DNA from: Promethearchaeota archaeon
GTDB lineage: Archaea > Asgardarchaeota > Lokiarchaeia > Sigyniarchaeales > SOKP01
Assembly (NCBI GenBank): GCA_048940645.1
Contig: JBHLOI010000003.1
Coordinates: 32,001 to 96,000, forward strand
DNA: 64,000 nt
Direction of reading: 5' to 3'
In this document: piece after piece, positions 61,009 through 64,000 of the stretch
How positions within the stretch are numbered: the stretch's first letter is position 1
How the letters are laid out: the number at the start of each line of letters is the position of its first letter
Notes under the pieces: generated by a model
The model's input: the letters and a program-made list of their open reading frames with translations, nothing else
Told to the model about the DNA's origin: nothing
The model's database searches: none
Translations under genes and position numbers: made by a program

Positions 61009-61218
61009 TTAGATGTTAAGTAAAGCTATAATTAGCGATATCATTATAATCAAAATAAATCCCATTATAAATATTAATACTTCTTGTTCAGTTAAAGGCT
61101 GTTTTAATTCTGCGATTATTGTTTTTATTAAAATTACTAATGTTATAGTAAATAATGTTATCAATATTAAAATTAATAGAGTGTCTGATGAGGCGTTTTG
61201 TTGTATCAAAAAGAACAT
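61009..61218 (-). CDS. Small two-TM membrane protein
   Basis: Two hydrophobic segments; co-oriented 30 bp downstream of mobA. Confidence 0.6.
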   Translation of the reverse strand: MFFLIQQNASSDTLLILILITLFTITLVILIKTIIAELKQPLTEQEVLIFIMGFILIIMISLIIALLNI

Positions 61219-61248
61219 ACTTCTTCTCAGTAAGGCTTTTTAAGATAT

Positions 61249-61917
61249 TTATTGATATAATTTCGTTAATTTCACTAAATCTATTGGTCCCTTAATATTG
61301 ATTAAACTTACTAAATTTTTATCTAAAGGTTGGATTTTTTCTTCAACTGAGATATAATTAATGCTCCAGCTTTTATCGATTAAGTTAAGTAATCCATAAT
61401 TCTCAGTCATGAGAATTTCCTTTGCTTTTTGAAAACCTTTCTCTACGGGATATATAGCAAAATAAGGCTCTAAAAATCCATTTTCCCATCTTGGCAATAC
61501 ACATTCATAACCATCAGATTGCCTTATCATATATTCTATGACTCCTGGCTTAATTAAAGGCATGTCACAAGATAAAACAAATGCCTTTTCAAAACCTTGT
61601 CTCAACAATTCTTTAAAACCCGAGTAAATTCCTAACATAGGTTTATAGATTTTAGGATAGTTAAATATCTCGCGATCATCAACAATAAATGTAATTTCTC
61701 TTGGAAATTCAATTTGCTGTTTATAGTTAAATATTTGTTCATCCGAGTGAGCAACTGCGAAAATATCCTGATCGAATTTAGATAAGGTTTCTATTTGGTG
61801 TAAAATTAAGGGCTTTCCAAATAATTCTACAACTGCTCTTTCAGTACCAAATCGTGTACTTTTTCCTCCAATCAATATTAGAATTGCTAAATATTTTGGA
61901 TTATCTAATTTCGACAT
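61249..61917 (-). CDS. mobA: Molybdenum cofactor guanylyltransferase-like
   Basis: ILIGGKSTRFG, PMLGIYSG, LSCDMP, LEPYFAIY, NIKGPID. Confidence 0.85.
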   Translation of the reverse strand: MSKLDNPKYLAILILIGGKSTRFGTERAVVELFGKPLILHQIETLSKFDQDIFAVAHSDEQIFNYKQQIEFPREITFIVDDREIFNYPKIYKPMLGIYSGFKELLRQGFEKAFVLSCDMPLIKPGVIEYMIRQSDGYECVLPRWENGFLEPYFAIYPVEKGFQKAKEILMTENYGLLNLIDKSWSINYISVEEKIQPLDKNLVSLINIKGPIDLVKLTKLYQ

Positions 61918-62027
61918 CTAATAACACTATATTCCTTACCATTAAATTTCTTTTCTAAAAAAAGAATCTTTATAAAAAATTTTAATTTGATTAGAGTTTA
62001 ATTATCAGCGAATTCTTTTTAAATTAA

Positions 62028-62171
62028 TTAATAATCATCTTCATCCCAATCTTCGTCTTCATCAATATCCTCATCTTCATCCCAATCTTCGTCTTCATCA
62101 ATATCCTCATCTTCATCCCAGTCTTCATCCTCTTCATCTTTTTTTAATCCTATTTCATATTCATTATTCAC
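62028..62171 (-). CDS. 47-aa hyper-acidic repeat microprotein (not in ORF track)
   Basis: GGAG SD, GTG start; MNNEYEIGLKKDEEDEDWDEDEDIDEDEDWDEDEDIDEDEDWDEDDY. Confidence 0.7.
   Translation of the reverse strand: MNNEYEIGLKKDEEDEDWDEDEDIDEDEDWDEDEDIDEDEDWDEDDY
62035..62128 (-). repeat. 36-bp tandem repeat, ~2.5 copies (WDEDEDIDEDED)
   Basis: tcatcttcatcccaatcttcgtcttcatcaatatcc repeated. Confidence 0.95.
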
Positions 62172-63003
62172 TTTTATCAGCTCCTTTTTACATTATTTTT
62201 AATATGATTATAAATAATATATATATTCAAGTACCATAAGAAATAAAAATCATATATAAATCTTTTTAATTTATAAAATAATTCATAAAAATTACTTCTT
62301 TTATATAAAAAATCAAAGCATTATTAAGCAAATATTTGTAAGTTAATACATTTGATATGTAAATTATACTAATTGAATGAAGTTGTTATTTATTTAAGAT
62401 AATCTTTTAGTTAATTTCTTGAAACATACTAAATATAGCATTTGACTCCTAAAAAGTGGAATATAATTAACAAAAATATTATTTTTTAATATATCAAAAT
62501 ATAACTACCTTCTTTTTGCTCCAATGTTTAGATTTTAGGAAAAGAATGCTTAACCGAGAAATATTAAAAGAATTAATCTAATTTTGTTGATATATATTTT
62601 TCCTAAATATTAAATTAAGATATGATAAGTAAGTAGTTATAATTAATCGGCTCATATTGGATTTATATGGTATTTAAAGAAAAGCTTAAGAACAAACATA
62701 ATTTTAATAATATTATTTTCTAATTAAAGTAAAATGGAAAAATTTAAATAATTTAATTGCTATATTTACCTTCAAGCAAGCTTTAAATAAGCAATAAAGT
62801 TTATAATTAGAATTTAAACCAAAGCTCAATAAAAGAAAAAGCTATAAATGTCAAACCAATTAAAGATTTCTTATTTGAAATTAAATACCTTAAACATTAA
62901 AATTGTTCGACATTTTCTTTACAAAATGAAAAAGTTCATTTTTGGTTTAATTATAGGTGTAATATTTTTATATAAATTACTTATTGAAAAATAAAAATTT
63001 AAG

Positions 63004-64000
63004 ATGACATTAAGAGAAAATAATATAGATAAGAAAAAATCGATAATAAATGGAAATGAGGCTTCAAAACCTATTTGTCTTGGACCCGTCTCTAATTTGG
63101 AAGAATTTGTCAAAGAAGATTGGTGGAAAAAGATCTTTAATGCTTATTATTTAAAAACTGATGGAGATGTTGTTGAAGATCAAAAAATCACTTCCTTTGA
63201 AGTTGATCTTTTCTCCAAAGTGTTAGGAATGCGCCCAAATCATTATATTTTAGATCTTTGTTGTGGTCAAGGTAGACATACAATTGAATTAACTAAACGA
63301 GGATTTGAAAATGTTGAGGGTTTAGATCGATCAAGATATTTAATAAAAAAGGCTAAAGCAAGCGCTAAAAAGTTAGGTTTAATTTGTAGATTTCGTGAAG
63401 GTGATGCACGTAAATTGCCATATCCTCCTGATTCTTTTGATATTATTACGATATTAGGAAATAGTTTTGGTTACTTTGAATCTATAAAAGATGATTACCA
63501 AGTTTTAAAGGAAGTATTTCGAACTTTAAAACCATGGGGAAAAATTCTAATTGATCTAACCGATGGAGAATATTTAAAAGATAATTTCCAATCTCGCTCT
63601 TGGGAATGGATTGATAAAAATTATTTTGTCTGCCGAGAACGGTCCTTATCTCTTGATAAACAAAGACTTATTTCTCGAGAAGTTATAAATCATGTAAATA
63701 AAGGAGTATTAGTAGATCAATTTTATGCTGAAAGGCTATATTCTAGAAAAAATATTTCTGAAATCTTAGAAAAATTAGGTTTTAGTGATATACAATTTCA
63801 TGGGATAATCACGCCTGATTCACAAAGACAACAAGATTTAGGTATGATGGAAAGGAGGATAATAGTCAGTGCTGTAGTTAAAAAAGAATGGACTGAAATT
63901 AAAAGAAAATTATCGCCAATTAAAAGGAAAGTTGTCGTTATTTTTGGTGATCCAAGTAAACCGGATAATCTTAAGCCATCTAGTCTTTTTGATGATGATG
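63004..64000 (+). CDS. Class I SAM methyltransferase, likely fused to a D-Ala-D-Ala-ligase-like ATP-grasp domain (3'-truncated, absent from ORF track)
   Basis: ATG 63004 open to window end: LGPVSNLEE..WWKKIFN.YYLKTDGDVVED, ILDLCCGQGRH, GLDRS, GDAR.LP, GNSFGYF, then VVVIFGDPSKPD starting a second domain. Confidence 0.8.
   Translation, partial: MTLRENNIDKKKSIINGNEASKPICLGPVSNLEEFVKEDWWKKIFNAYYLKTDGDVVEDQKITSFEVDLFSKVLGMRPNHYILDLCCGQGRHTIELTKRGFENVEGLDRSRYLIKKAKASAKKLGLICRFREGDARKLPYPPDSFDIITILGNSFGYFESIKDDYQVLKEVFRTLKPWGKILIDLTDGEYLKDNFQSRSWEWIDKNYFVCRERSLSLDKQRLISREVINHVNKGVLVDQFYAERLYSRKNISEILEKLGFSDIQFHGIITPDSQRQQDLGMMERRIIVSAVVKKEWTEIKRKLSPIKRKVVVIFGDPSKPDNLKPSSLFDDD

Noticed and set aside
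554-61243. Numerous short antisense or nested ORFs in the track (e.g. 554-793, 3988-4203, 10303-10608, 23542-23886, 40286-40675, 55330-56487, 58645-59010, 61013-61243)
   Set aside because: They overlap well-supported genes and show typical antisense Ser/Ile/Phe-rich composition
62172-63003. Replication origin or ncRNA in the AT-rich gap (also considered for 21840-22370)
   Set aside because: No ORB-like repeats with G-strings, no adjacent orc1/cdc6, and no GC-rich structure seen
62919-63113. 64-aa minus-strand ORF
   Set aside because: Antisense to the methyltransferase gene starting at 63004

Overview
Very AT-rich, gene-dense archaeal chromosomal window. Its content points to an Asgard archaeon, most likely Lokiarchaeia/Promethearchaeota (inference): Rab-like and MglA-like GTPases, a tandem roadblock protein, a longin/uDENN-like protein, several MPN proteins, a SIR2-TPR protein, HdrABC/MvhD and DUF39-CBS/NIL-Fer homocysteine synthesis genes. 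No rRNA, tRNA, CRISPR array or transposase was recognised. The most interesting system is a three-gene MPN/JAMM locus (44.7-49.7 kb). In it, an intact JAMM protease gene is followed 12 bp later by a paralogue with a broken Zn site (HSH to HSR), and both carry long helical tails. This is the MPN+/MPN- architecture of eukaryotic Rpn11/Rpn8, CSN5/CSN6 and BRCC36/Abraxas. Other highlights are a mosaic triplication of ~700-aa membrane-anchored HEXXH metallopeptidases, each with a conserved hairpin-rich leader; a SIR2 domain fused to ~25 TPRs; a beta-CASP nuclease with a duplicated KH-like N-terminus; a multi-domain CopA locus with a palindromic operator; an IscU gene that seems to need an ATT start; and several microproteins below the ORF-track cut-off. 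All family assignments come from motif recognition by eye; no searches were run.
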